Shown: one piece after another, positions 50,454-60,180 of the stretch
Position numbering within the stretch: position 1 is the first letter of the stretch
How the letters are laid out: every line of letters begins with the position of its first letter
Assembly (NCBI GenBank): GCA_016208685.1
Contig: JACQXM010000044.1
Location: 5,349 to 69,348 of the forward strand
From: Planctomycetota bacterium
GTDB lineage: Bacteria; Planctomycetota; Phycisphaerae; UBA1845
Length of the DNA stretch: 64,000 nt
Reading direction: 5' to 3'
The notes under the pieces: generated by a model
The model's input: the letters and a program-made list of their open reading frames with translations, nothing else
What the model was told of the DNA's origin: nothing
Databases searched by the model: none
Made by a program: the position numbers and the translations under genes

Positions 50454-52580
50454 TCACGGCGGCGCCGCGGGTTGGGCGGGCTCACCCAGCAGGGATAGGA
50501 ACGAGACCGAGTATTCCCCCTGGCTCCCCTCCGGTTGAATGCGCAGCGCCCTCGCCCGGCGCAAAAAGTCGGCGGGCGTCGCACGACGCCGCAGGCCGAA
50601 GTGTTCTACCGGTAAGACCGTCCAGGGATTGCCGAATGTCTTTCCGTCCTCAGAGAACTCGACGCGGTACTGGTCGTCGCTGTCGGCCTGGATCACCATG
50701 CGTCGGATCAATGTGACGTCCGACAGCGTGATGGTGACCGCACTGCGCCGGTCCACAAGCTGGACCGCGTACCGCGGGTCGTTCCACCGCGCGCCTTCCG
50801 GTTTGCTCGCCGGATCGAGGATGCTCTGCGGGTTGCCAAAGGAGGGCGTGTAGTTGCAGGTGACGATGCCGTTTACGGCCGGCAGCTTCTCCCCGTCCGG
50901 CACCAGGCGCACATTCCGATGGAACAGGGAACCGAAGGCATAGCTGCCGATGCGGCCCAGCCGGCTCGAGGAAAGCAGGGGGCCGGCCGTCAATAGACGA
51001 ACCTCTTCGTACCGGCGCTCGTCGGCGGGGTCGCGCCAATTCACACTGCGGGCCATTTCAGCGGCGTCGGCGATGAGCGACTCGTCCATGGCCGACACCC
51101 GCCGCTGCCAGTCTGGAAGCTGGCTGAGGGATCCGCGGGCGCGGAAGTACTCTCGCGGCACATCGTGGTGGATATGACCCACGCGGGAACCCGGCGCCGC
51201 CGGGCACCGCGCCGTATAGGCATCTGTCAGGCCGTAGGGGTCCAGGAAGCTCACTCCCGGCCCAGCCTGGTACGGGGCAATGCCGGCGGCCTCGTAGGTA
51301 ACCACGATAGGGCCAAAGCGACGGGCGTACTCTCGCAGCGCCAGGGCCCATTCGCGCCGGTTGGACATGTGCAGGTGGTTGTGTGCGAGCTCCGCCTGCT
51401 GCTGTAGCCGTTCGCGGAGAATGCCGGCGGGAGTAGTCTTCGTCGCTTGGTCCTGGTTGCCGAAGTCCACGGCGAATTGGACGGGCAATCCCGCGCCCAC
51501 GGCGGCAACCAGCAGGGCGATAGCGGGCTCGCGACTCAGGCGACGGCTCATGCCATAGGCGGCGACCGCCACGGCGCACACGATGGCGGGCGTCAGAAAC
51601 CGACCACGCACGTAGTCGCCCCCGACAAGCACGACGTAAGCAATGTGAAACCACGGAGCCAGGGCCAGGGCCAGCATGGCTTCCCGGTGCCCATCGCCGG
51701 AGGCCGGCCAGGCACGTGCGGTTACCAGGGCGATGATGAGACACAGCCCGACGATGGCCGCGTGCCCGGGATCAAACGCCACGAAGTCCAGCACATACGC
51801 CAGCCCTTGACGCGCCGTTTCGCCGGCAGACCGGAACCCCACTTTGGCGTAGGCCGTGTTGGGCAGCGGCGTGCCGTAGTAAACCAGGGCGAACGAGTAC
51901 CACAGACCTGCGGGCGTCAACGCCGCCGCGGTCCGCAGCCAGAGCTGGAGCTTGCGCGGCGCCGAAAGGAGCCGTCGGACGAGGAGTGCGCCAACGGGAA
52001 CACAGAAGAACAACAGGTCCAGGCGGTTGGTGAGGATCAGTCCGGCAAAGAACGCGGAGGTCGGCACGGTGCGTGCCTTATCTCCAACTTCGCCGACCAG
52101 CCCGGCCACCAGGCAGAGAATCAGCAGATGGGTAAGTGCATTCTCCAGGCCGGAGGTCTGGTAATCGAGCATGCTTGGACAGGTGAACCATGCAACCAGG
52201 GCGAATGCCAGAAGGAGGCTTCCCTGTGGACTGCCATGGAGCACCCGCCAGAGGACGAGAACCAGGAGCGCCGTGAGCACGGCACCGAGGATGATCGCCG
52301 CCCAGTACAGATCGCAGAATAATCCGCCCACGACCAGCACCGCGAACCAGAGCGGATGCGTAAAGCCCGGGACGCGCTCACCAGCGTTGTACACCGGTCC
52401 GTAGCCGGCGAGGAAGTTTTCGGCATAGCGGAAGGTGATGTATGCGTCTTCGGTGACCCATGCGTGCGAAAGCACCAGGCAAACGGCGATCGCCGCGGCG
52501 CCGAACCCCACGGCGCGGCGTGTTGCCATTGCCTCCGGCGAGGCGTCGGTCTGTGGTGGCATTTCGAAGGTCGGAAGCAT
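50454..52580 (-). CDS. GT-C membrane glycosyltransferase (AftB-like) with a C-terminal discoidin-like domain
   Basis: EDAYITFRYA.N...G.GPVYN.GERV.GFTHPLW, SGLE, RLD, YYG.PLPNTAYAK, GGDY..GRF; C-terminal IQADSDDQYRVEFSEDG. Confidence 0.8.
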   Translation of the reverse strand: MLPTFEMPPQTDASPEAMATRRAVGFGAAAIAVCLVLSHAWVTEDAYITFRYAENFLAGYGPVYNAGERVPGFTHPLWFAVLVVGGLFCDLYWAAIILGAVLTALLVLVLWRVLHGSPQGSLLLAFALVAWFTCPSMLDYQTSGLENALTHLLILCLVAGLVGEVGDKARTVPTSAFFAGLILTNRLDLLFFCVPVGALLVRRLLSAPRKLQLWLRTAAALTPAGLWYSFALVYYGTPLPNTAYAKVGFRSAGETARQGLAYVLDFVAFDPGHAAIVGLCLIIALVTARAWPASGDGHREAMLALALAPWFHIAYVVLVGGDYVRGRFLTPAIVCAVAVAAYGMSRRLSREPAIALLVAAVGAGLPVQFAVDFGNQDQATKTTPAGILRERLQQQAELAHNHLHMSNRREWALALREYARRFGPIVVTYEAAGIAPYQAGPGVSFLDPYGLTDAYTARCPAAPGSRVGHIHHDVPREYFRARGSLSQLPDWQRRVSAMDESLIADAAEMARSVNWRDPADERRYEEVRLLTAGPLLSSSRLGRIGSYAFGSLFHRNVRLVPDGEKLPAVNGIVTCNYTPSFGNPQSILDPASKPEGARWNDPRYAVQLVDRRSAVTITLSDVTLIRRMVIQADSDDQYRVEFSEDGKTFGNPWTVLPVEHFGLRRRATPADFLRRARALRIQPEGSQGEYSVSFLSLLGEPAQPAAPP

Positions 52581-52658
52581 GTAGCAGAACCGTCAAGCTG
52601 GGTAGATCGAATTAGGTAGCCTGGTGTACCGTCTCGTTGAGAGTTCACCGTATCCAGC

Positions 52659-52676
52659 CGCGGGCTTCAGCCCGCG
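52659..52676. repeat. REP-like hairpin
   Basis: CGCGGGC-TTCA-GCCCGCG, intergenic. Confidence 0.45.
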
Positions 52677-53222
52677 CGGCCCCACGAAGGCCGAAAGTCC
52701 GCTACGAGAGCGGTCCACGGACAGTCAGGTAATTGCGAGGTACCAGACTAGTGGCGTCGCCCCGGCTGTCAACGGGTTCTCGGCGCGGCTGATTGTGCCT
52801 TTGGAGCGTGTGGCCAGTGTTCTTGCCCGCGATTGAGACCGAAGCGGCAAAGCGATCGCGGACACTGCCGCGGCACCGGCCCTCACTGTGGGCGCGGTTC
52901 TGGCCTCGTGCGATTCTTCACAAAGTAGAGATCGGGGGCACGCCGCGCGGGCTCGGAAAAAAAAGACGGTATGTATGAGAAAAACCGCCCGTGTCGTGCC
53001 AACAGTCGATGGCGGCGCGCGCATGGGCGCAGAACGAGGCCGCCGCCGGCCGGCGTTGGCGCCCGATCTCTTACCCGTGCGCCGCCGGCGCCAGTACGTG
53101 GTGTCTCGGAGAGGCAGGCGGGGCCGTTCGTCTCTCCCGGGCACGGGCCTTCGTTGGGTTCGGGGCGGTCCGGGCCCGGGTCGAACCTCGGCACGCAGCG
53201 AGTCATGGCGAGGGAAGCGGTT

Positions 53223-56200
53223 ATGTCCATCGGCAAACGAGAGCTCGGGTTTGCAAGTCTGGCGTGGCTGGTGGCGGTCTGTCTGGTTTTGACCGTTGGG
53301 GTCATCGGCCTGATGGGCCCGCAGAGCGGGAGCGGCCGGCCGGCGCGTGAATCGGGCGAGGCCCGACAAAAGGCCCGGGCGACCTCGGAGCCCTTCACGG
53401 AGCCGCTGGTGAACAAGGTCGGCGACTGGTACTTCGAAAACGTGCGCGCCGATTCCGACCCCGACTTCCAGGCGGTGCTGATGTTTCAGCCTCCGGGCCG
53501 TCGTCGCATCGATCGGGTGGCGTTCCCCGCCGTGCTGGCGATTCCGGAAAGCGGGGACCTGGAGAACGGCTGGGACGCCGCACGGTTGTTCGCTTTCGTA
53601 GGGGCGGGCCTGGCCGACGCCTTGCGGTCGTTGGATGTGGAAGAGCGCTACGACCTGTCCTCGCTGGCGGCGCACCCGGAGTTAGGCGCTACCCTGGCGT
53701 CCCTGCGAAGCGGAGAGGGCTTGGAGGGTCGGGGTGAGTGGCAGGTGCTGACCAACTCCCTCCTGCCGCACCTATCGCGGTTTCCCCCTGACGGCATGGC
53801 CGCGGATTTTGACGGCAACGGCGTGGTGAGCGGCTGGGAGTTTGACGCCATCGCGGCGGTGGTCCGGGAGTCGGGCGCGCCGCCGTGGTACGAATCGGCG
53901 GAGGACGAGTTCAGTTTCGCCAGCACGCCGAACGGCCTGCTGCTCTGGCGGCAGCGGGAGCCGGAGGCCGGTGACGACCTAAAGACCATCGCCCTGTGGT
54001 ATGCGTATCGCGAGCGGCTGTTCTACACCTATCACGGCGACGACATTCGCCTGGCGCTGACGGATTTCGAATCGCGCTGGCCGGAGGATTTCGCGGTGCT
54101 GGCGCGGGAGGACGGTCGGCTCCAGGAGCTCTATGCCGCGGGGGTGGAGGCGGAGCAGGCGGCGAATCAGAAATCGGTCGGGTATTGGGAAGCGGCCCAG
54201 GGGAGCCTCTATGAACCAGAGGGGAGCGTAGTCTCGCCGGACGAGCCTCGCCAGATCCCGATGCTGCTCGGCGATTTCGACGGCGACGGGCATGTCACGG
54301 AGGGCGACTTCAGGTACCCGGACGATGGAGCCATGCCGTCGGTCTTCCGCGCGAACCAGGCGGGTCTGCTGGCGCTCGTCATTCAGATCGCCGATGTGAA
54401 CCGCTTCGGCTCGGAAAAGGCCGGTCCTCGCGATGCGCAGTGCGGGGATGGGGACGGTGACGGCGACGGCGATGGCGACGGCGATGGCGATGGCGATGGC
54501 GACGGTGACGGAGACGGTGACGGAGATGGCGACGGTGATGGGGACGGGGATGGGGATGGGGACGGGGATGGGGATGGCGATGGGGATGGTGACGGTGACG
54601 GTGACGGCGATGGCGATGGCGACGGGGATGGAGATGGTGATGGCGATGGGGACGGCAGTGGCTGCTTCGTTAGCGGAACGGTCGTCTCGACGCCCGAGGG
54701 GTTCGTCCATATTGAGGAGTTGACCCCGGACACCCAGGTTCTGAGTCTGCACTTTCGCGGCGCTGCCGAGACACCGCGCATGGTGACGCAGGTGACGCGT
54801 GTGCTGGCCCGGGAGACGGTAGAGGTGCTGGTGGGGGGCGAGCTTTTCGAGAGCACCCCCGAGCACCCCTATTACGCGCGAGGCCGCGGATGGACGCCGG
54901 CGGGGCAGCTTCGGGGCGGGGTATCGGTGGCCACCGCCGATGGTTGGATTCCGGTGAGCCAGGTGCGGCGCACGCAGCGCAGCGAGTCGGTTGCGGTGTA
55001 TAATCTTCATGTGCGGGAGGATCAGAACTACTTCGTCGGCCGGCGGCAGGTGCTGGTGCATAACAAGAAGATTCCGCCTGTCGTGCTGGCGGCCCTCATG
55101 TCCGGAAATCTGCGATTGGCATCTGAATATGACGACGAGAAGTCGACGAGCGGCGACAGTTCGAGTCCGTTCCCACGCCGCAGGCTGCCGGCGCAGGCCT
55201 ATCAGCCGGTCTGGTACGAAGCCTACCTCACGGACCCGGACGGCTTCGTCGAACGCGCCACGCGCTCGGACGGAAAGTCGTTCATGCTGGGCGAGTGTGA
55301 CGATGGAAACGACTGCACCTCGGACGCATGTGTAGATGGCGCCTGTGAACACACCTGCGGCGGCACGTGCGCTGGTTGTGGGCCCGGGAAAGCTTGCCTG
55401 CCGCCGCCGGTCAACTTGAAGCTGGCCGGATGCATGTGCTCGATGTTGGCTTCGTTCACCATCCAGAATAAGACCGCCTGCCCCGGCGAGACGGTCCAAC
55501 TGAACGTAACCGGGAGCTGCGACGACGACAACTGTGGCGGCGGGACCATGACCCTGAGCATCACACGCCAGCCAACGGATGGAGCGGCGCGCTTCGTGGG
55601 AAGTAGCAGCATCCCTTGTGACGACGCCACCCATACGCGCATCGTCGAGGTCGACGTGGACCCGGAGGCGCCGCAGGGCGCGCTAACCTTCGAGATCACC
55701 GGCTACCCGCCGGACGGAAACGACATCGTCAAGACCGGGACGGTCACCGTGAGCGAGCGGGTGAATCTGAGCTTCGCGTACACGCCCTCGGCGGAAGAGA
55801 CCGACCCCGGCGGGTTGATCGTTCTGAATACCGACGACGACAACAACAACGGCACGATCGACATCTTCGACACCGGACCGGATCCCGAGTTGCTCCCGCT
55901 GGCAATTTGGGTCGACCCCGCCCTGGCCGGTACGGTGGAGCTGTCGTATGTGAGCGGCGCCGGGAAACTCAGGTTCTGGGATGATCCTGCACGCGTTACC
56001 GCGATTGCACTGCCCAAGACGTGGACCATCGCCTCCGACCTGCCGCGTACCATCTACGTGGAGGGTTTCATCGGAAGCGCGTCGATCGGTGATGTTGAAT
56101 TGAAGCTGCTGTACACCGGGCCGACGACACCGCCGAATCCGCCGTGCGAGGATCGGCTGAAATTGACGGTGGCGAAGGTACTCCTCAAGGCAATCACCTT

Positions 56201-57269
56201 CACGAGCGACCACGGGTTGATGCACGACAACAACAGCAACTACGGCCCGACCGGCCTGCTCTTCCCGGAACCGGAGTGGGATCCAACTCGCGCGCCGCCG
56301 CTGGACAACTGCCCGATCTCCCATACCAAAGACCAAAGCGTGGCGGTCAGCCTTACCCTGGATGTGCAGCCGGCGCTGCCTGCCTCAACGTTCAATAATG
56401 ATCTTCGCATGGAGTGTGTCGGGCCCTCGGGGCTCAACCAGGACGCCCAGGTTGGTCTGGCTTCCGGGCTTCAGAGTCTCGCGATGACCTCGCCGGATCC
56501 TCTGCCCGATCAGATCCAGCGGATCGAGTCACAGTTGACGTGGCGGTTCATGCGCGGAGGAGGACAGCTTTCCCGCACCCTGTCCGGCCCCCACACGGTC
56601 TACGTGACGATGGGCACTCCGCGTAACACCGGCGATTCGCGCTACAAGGTGACGCAGAAGCGCATGGAACGTGCGGTGGAGGAGGGAAGCGCTGCCGGCT
56701 CACTGAACCCCTTTACGATCATCCGAACAGTCATTCAGTCGCAGGGTGCCTATGACATTGACGCGCCGCAGAGCAACGCATGGCTCGTGCCGGACAACGG
56801 CGGTGACTGCCAGTCAATTGTGCGGTTCGCGATCAAGGTCGCCAACATGCTTGACGTTCCGGCAACCGTGGAGCACCGCAAGGTTTACGCGGTTGACGAC
56901 GATCCGGCAACACCCCCATACGAACCGGCGACCGCGATCGAAGTGGACGGCAACACGCATGACGGTTTGAATAGCGATCCACGTGGCGACCACCCCAACG
57001 GGTACTGGTGGCTTGCGCTGGTGGACGGCGACGGCGTATGCAACGCGTACGAAGCAACTGCGAAAGTGTCGGCGTGCGGAGACGTGCGTTATTTTGCCGG
57101 CGGCGTTCCGGGTGGGACGGGGTTTACCAACGCCGACGATGTGCTCAAGGTCTTCCACCCGGGATCGCTGTCCTGGATTTCGGCATCGCCGTGTGGCATC
57201 GAGGTCCTGATCTACTCGTACCCGCAGCCGCCGCAGATGTCGCTGCCCGACCCGCAGTGTGCGCCCTAG
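53223..57269 (+). CDS. 1348-aa exported protein: EF-hand-like N-region, (GD)35 linker, Hint autoprocessing domain, Cys-rich and Ig-like repeats, putative transglutaminase/papain-like C-terminal domain
   Basis: N-terminal hydrophobic segment; [10 protein letters not shown] and [10 protein letters not shown]; Hint CFVSGTVV...STPEHPYY...VYNLHV...NYFVG...VLVHN; [12 protein letters not shown]; NTDDDNNNG; GGDCQS. Confidence 0.85.
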   Translation: MSIGKRELGFASLAWLVAVCLVLTVGVIGLMGPQSGSGRPARESGEARQKARATSEPFTEPLVNKVGDWYFENVRADSDPDFQAVLMFQPPGRRRIDRVAFPAVLAIPESGDLENGWDAARLFAFVGAGLADALRSLDVEERYDLSSLAAHPELGATLASLRSGEGLEGRGEWQVLTNSLLPHLSRFPPDGMAADFDGNGVVSGWEFDAIAAVVRESGAPPWYESAEDEFSFASTPNGLLLWRQREPEAGDDLKTIALWYAYRERLFYTYHGDDIRLALTDFESRWPEDFAVLAREDGRLQELYAAGVEAEQAANQKSVGYWEAAQGSLYEPEGSVVSPDEPRQIPMLLGDFDGDGHVTEGDFRYPDDGAMPSVFRANQAGLLALVIQIADVNRFGSEKAGPRDAQCGDGDGDGDGDGDGDGDGDGDGDGDGDGDGDGDGDGDGDGDGDGDGDGDGDGDGDGDGDGDGDGDGDGDGDGSGCFVSGTVVSTPEGFVHIEELTPDTQVLSLHFRGAAETPRMVTQVTRVLARETVEVLVGGELFESTPEHPYYARGRGWTPAGQLRGGVSVATADGWIPVSQVRRTQRSESVAVYNLHVREDQNYFVGRRQVLVHNKKIPPVVLAALMSGNLRLASEYDDEKSTSGDSSSPFPRRRLPAQAYQPVWYEAYLTDPDGFVERATRSDGKSFMLGECDDGNDCTSDACVDGACEHTCGGTCAGCGPGKACLPPPVNLKLAGCMCSMLASFTIQNKTACPGETVQLNVTGSCDDDNCGGGTMTLSITRQPTDGAARFVGSSSIPCDDATHTRIVEVDVDPEAPQGALTFEITGYPPDGNDIVKTGTVTVSERVNLSFAYTPSAEETDPGGLIVLNTDDDNNNGTIDIFDTGPDPELLPLAIWVDPALAGTVELSYVSGAGKLRFWDDPARVTAIALPKTWTIASDLPRTIYVEGFIGSASIGDVELKLLYTGPTTPPNPPCEDRLKLTVAKVLLKAITFTSDHGLMHDNNSNYGPTGLLFPEPEWDPTRAPPLDNCPISHTKDQSVAVSLTLDVQPALPASTFNNDLRMECVGPSGLNQDAQVGLASGLQSLAMTSPDPLPDQIQRIESQLTWRFMRGGGQLSRTLSGPHTVYVTMGTPRNTGDSRYKVTQKRMERAVEEGSAAGSLNPFTIIRTVIQSQGAYDIDAPQSNAWLVPDNGGDCQSIVRFAIKVANMLDVPATVEHRKVYAVDDDPATPPYEPATAIEVDGNTHDGLNSDPRGDHPNGYWWLALVDGDGVCNAYEATAKVSACGDVRYFAGGVPGGTGFTNADDVLKVFHPGSLSWISASPCGIEVLIYSYPQPPQMSLPDPQCAP
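54444..54653 (+). repeat. Coding hexanucleotide repeat (GGN-GAY)x35 encoding (Gly-Asp)35
   Basis: 210 nt with synonymous third-position variation, directly before GSG-C of the Hint domain. Confidence 0.95.
54663..55064 (+). other. Hint (intein-like / pretoxin-HINT/BIL) domain, 134 aa
   Basis: Cys1, block B TxxH (TPEH), block F VYNL.V, terminal HN; +1 residue is Lys. Confidence 0.92.
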
Positions 57270-57332
57270 TGCACGGTGAGGAAACCGCGGTTGCGTAGCA
57301 ACGTGATGTTATTAGCCTTAAGGAAACTCAAG

Positions 57333-58109
57333 ATGACGCGCACGAGCCAGACCATCGTCATCGTCACGGCGCTTGGTGCTCCCATTCTGCCCAGCGCGGT
57401 TGGCGCCGCGGAACCACGCCGCGTCGACGACGCCCATTTCGCGACCGTCGAGTACGGACGCTCGCAGCTTAAGGACCAGCCCGACGCCACGGCAGTGTTG
57501 ATTCCGTTCGCGCGGTTGGACGCCAGACTGCGCGCGCAGATGTACAATACGCTGGCGTTCATTCTTACCGAAGACGCGCATCCACAGGGAGCGGACAACA
57601 CGGATCAGCCGAGGATGCCGATTGTCGTTCGGGTACGCGCAGCGCGGGACCCCGATGACGATGACGTCATCGAATACGAGTGGACATACAACGACCAGAC
57701 CATTCGCGCCATAGCCAGTAGAAACGCGGTACGAATTGACATCGGGCTCGCGGAACTGGATCGGAACCCACGGTTCAGCGCCTATCCGCCGGCCTCCACG
57801 GCCCGCGCCCGAGCCCTGGTCGAATCGCTGATGCAGCTTCGAGGCGCCAATGCGTACGAACCGGGATTCGACGTGCGGCTGCCGTGGCCCGACGTACTGC
57901 GCGACGGCGTGCAATTCAGCTCCAACCCTGAACTGAACCTGCACCGACTGACCCGACTGCATGAACGGGTGGACGTTTTCGTAAAAGGGGGCGTCCTTTC
58001 CTTGCAATTCTACAAGAAGCCGGCGCAGTTGATGCAGTTCCAGGACGGTTCACAGTGGTTCGCGCCGGAGTTCCGCGCCGCCATCTGGGAGGATAGTGCG
58101 AAAGACTGA
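57333..58109 (+). CDS. Secreted hypothetical protein (partner/immunity-like 1)
   Basis: AAGGAA RBS; signal-like MTRTSQTIVIVTALGAPILPSAVGA; directly follows the Hint gene. Confidence 0.75.
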   Translation: MTRTSQTIVIVTALGAPILPSAVGAAEPRRVDDAHFATVEYGRSQLKDQPDATAVLIPFARLDARLRAQMYNTLAFILTEDAHPQGADNTDQPRMPIVVRVRAARDPDDDDVIEYEWTYNDQTIRAIASRNAVRIDIGLAELDRNPRFSAYPPASTARARALVESLMQLRGANAYEPGFDVRLPWPDVLRDGVQFSSNPELNLHRLTRLHERVDVFVKGGVLSLQFYKKPAQLMQFQDGSQWFAPEFRAAIWEDSAKD

Positions 58110-58200
58110 CGCGTGTCTACCTCGCCACCGTGGCCCTCCCCCCGGCGGTTGTCTAATACTGAACCGGAATGCGGGCGGCAGAAACTCTGAGTCATGGAGC

Positions 58201-59235
58201 ATGCTCCTGCCGCTGATCGGAGGGCTCCTCGCCTCTGTCGTCATGTCAGTCACTGAGGGCTTTGAAACCGGTCTGGTACGAAACGTACCTGGCAGACCCG
58301 GAAGGCTTCGTCGGGCGCGCCACGCGCTCGGACACGTTGGGCCTGTGTGCGTGGCCGTTCTTGCGATCGGTCCAGCCCGGGAGGCCATGCCTGCCGGCGG
58401 AGACATCGCCGGAGCCCGCGCCCCGCTTGCGATGGTGCGGGAGTTCACGTTGGCTCTGCCTGAGCCTACCCGCGCATACTTAGAGAGCGGCGCGATCGCG
58501 GACGCTTCGGACGCCTCGGAGGTGGACCCCTCGCTCATGGAATCAGCGCAGGAGTGTTCCGCGAAGTGGGTCGAGGCGATCATTCGGGCTGAGCATGTCC
58601 CGGACGACCTGCGGCGGCATATCGTCGGCGTGCGGAACGCCGTGAACGGGCGCGACGCCACGCGCGCCGACTTTGAACGCGGTGGCTTGCGATTCGTCGT
58701 GGTCCAGACCACGGACGGCCTAGTCGCCGTGATCCGTCCAGCAGGCGCCTCTACGGACGCCGGTAGCGTGACCGATCGGCTCCGCTTTCTTGGCGAACGG
58801 ATCAGCGCTACCTTGAACCATGCTCCTGCCATCCTCTACCTGGCGGATCGCGCGGAAGAGACGGAGGCAATGGCGGCGATCTCGCGGGGCGACCGTTTGC
58901 GGAATGAGAGAGGCGTTCCGCTGTCGGATGCCGAGCATTTGAGGATCGCCAAGCTTCCGCAACCCGAGCAGGCGGAGGTCATACAGAAGCTGACTCAGCA
59001 AGACGAGGAGGCACTCCGTCGGCTCGATCGCAGTCTTCCTGCAACGCTCGTCGGCGGGGCGCAGAACTACTGGTGGGGGCAGGTGCATGCGGCGTCGGAT
59101 GGTTTCACGGTGGTCGTATCCATCCAGAAGAGCCATGGTGGTGCGGCCCGCACGGTCGTGATCGAGGATTGGTTTCGAAAGCAGCGACTGGTTTCGCCGG
59201 GCGCCCGCGCCATGGCGCCGCTGCCTCCGCAATGA
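58201..59235 (+). CDS. Secreted hypothetical protein (partner/immunity-like 2), distantly paralogous to 57333..58109; 5' end chimeric
   Basis: Colinear motifs shared with the upstream gene (see findings); start uncertain (58201 or ~58388). Confidence 0.65.
   Translation: MLLPLIGGLLASVVMSVTEGFETGLVRNVPGRPGRLRRARHALGHVGPVCVAVLAIGPAREAMPAGGDIAGARAPLAMVREFTLALPEPTRAYLESGAIADASDASEVDPSLMESAQECSAKWVEAIIRAEHVPDDLRRHIVGVRNAVNGRDATRADFERGGLRFVVVQTTDGLVAVIRPAGASTDAGSVTDRLRFLGERISATLNHAPAILYLADRAEETEAMAAISRGDRLRNERGVPLSDAEHLRIAKLPQPEQAEVIQKLTQQDEEALRRLDRSLPATLVGGAQNYWWGQVHAASDGFTVVVSIQKSHGGAARTVVIEDWFRKQRLVSPGARAMAPLPPQ
58268..58333 (+). repeat. Diverged direct repeat of 55206..55271 (post-Hint segment)
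   Basis: 58/66 nt identical by manual alignment; PVWYETYLADPEGFVGRATRSD vs [22 protein letters not shown]. Confidence 0.9.
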
Positions 59236-60180
59236 GAACGGGCGCCGATCCGCTACGGTGGCGCCGGTGCGAGTCCTCGCGGACGGAAGGACGGCCGGGG
59301 CGTTGGACCAGCCTGCCGAGCTGGGACTGCGGAGTCGGATGGGGGTGGGCGAGCCGGGCGTGCTGATGGGCACGTCGTCACACGCATCGGCGTCCGAGTC
59401 GCCGACGCCGCCGACCACCCGGGCAGGCTCCTCTTGGTGCATCGTTCCATCGAAGGTATGCAGCAGGCGCCTGTGGTGCGGAGGGGGCACGGAAAGACCG
59501 CCAATGCCGCCGAAAGCACGATCGGCCCGATAGCCCAGGAGGGGGGCGCATGATCTACCTCCCCCGCGGCGGCGCTGGGCGTCGGCACTTCGTCATGCGA
59601 ACCTGAGTGACCACGTACGGTTCGACGCTGCCCGAACAGAGCCGCGACCGTACGGGAGCGGGCGGCAGCATGCCGGGCGGCGACAGTCCGCGCACCGTAG
59701 TCAGGCGGAACCGCCAACGAAGCGCTTTTCGAAAGCGCAACCCCGGGCTTGGCATGAGGCGACGACACCCCAACCCGCGCCGCAGTACCCATAATCATAG
59801 CGCGCCCGGCGCGCGGTTTTTCAGGCGGCGTCCAGGAAGTACGGCCCGGCGCGCCGGATGCTTGCGGCCCGGGCCGGCCCTTGGGGTCCCGCTGATAACG
59901 GAAGCCACTTAACTACATGTACGTTCGCACGATGGGGCGGCAGGCCGGGATCGGATCGCAAACACCCGGCGCCAGCAGAGGAGCGTGCCACGTCGGCGCG
60001 CCGGAGTCGCCGCCGTCGCCGGCGTAACCCCAGCCGCGGGACCGGCTTTCCCACCCGTCGATGGTACAATCTTCGGGACGGCGCGGGTTCTGGAAGCCGC
60101 TCCAGTGGTTTTGCATCGCACGGCCGACCGCCATGCCGCGATGCCTGGTGGGAGGGCCTTCGACGGGCCGGGAGAGACGA

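Noticed and set aside
54444-54653. Possible CRISPR array or non-coding satellite
   Set aside because: 6-nt period, no spacers, in frame within a CDS, and no cas genes in the window.
54383-54856. (Pro-Ser)n minus-strand ORF and the MAMAT-rich plus-strand ORF 54433..54723
   Set aside because: Alternative readings of the GD repeat; third-position variation is synonymous in the GD frame, which is continuous with the Hint domain.
54663-55064. Canonical splicing intein or homing element
   Set aside because: No endonuclease insert, the +1 residue is Lys rather than Cys/Ser/Thr, and the host is a secreted protein.
55206-58333. Diversity-generating retroelement TR/VR pair
   Set aside because: No reverse transcriptase in the window, the mismatches are not confined to adenines, and the repeat is not at the target C-terminus.
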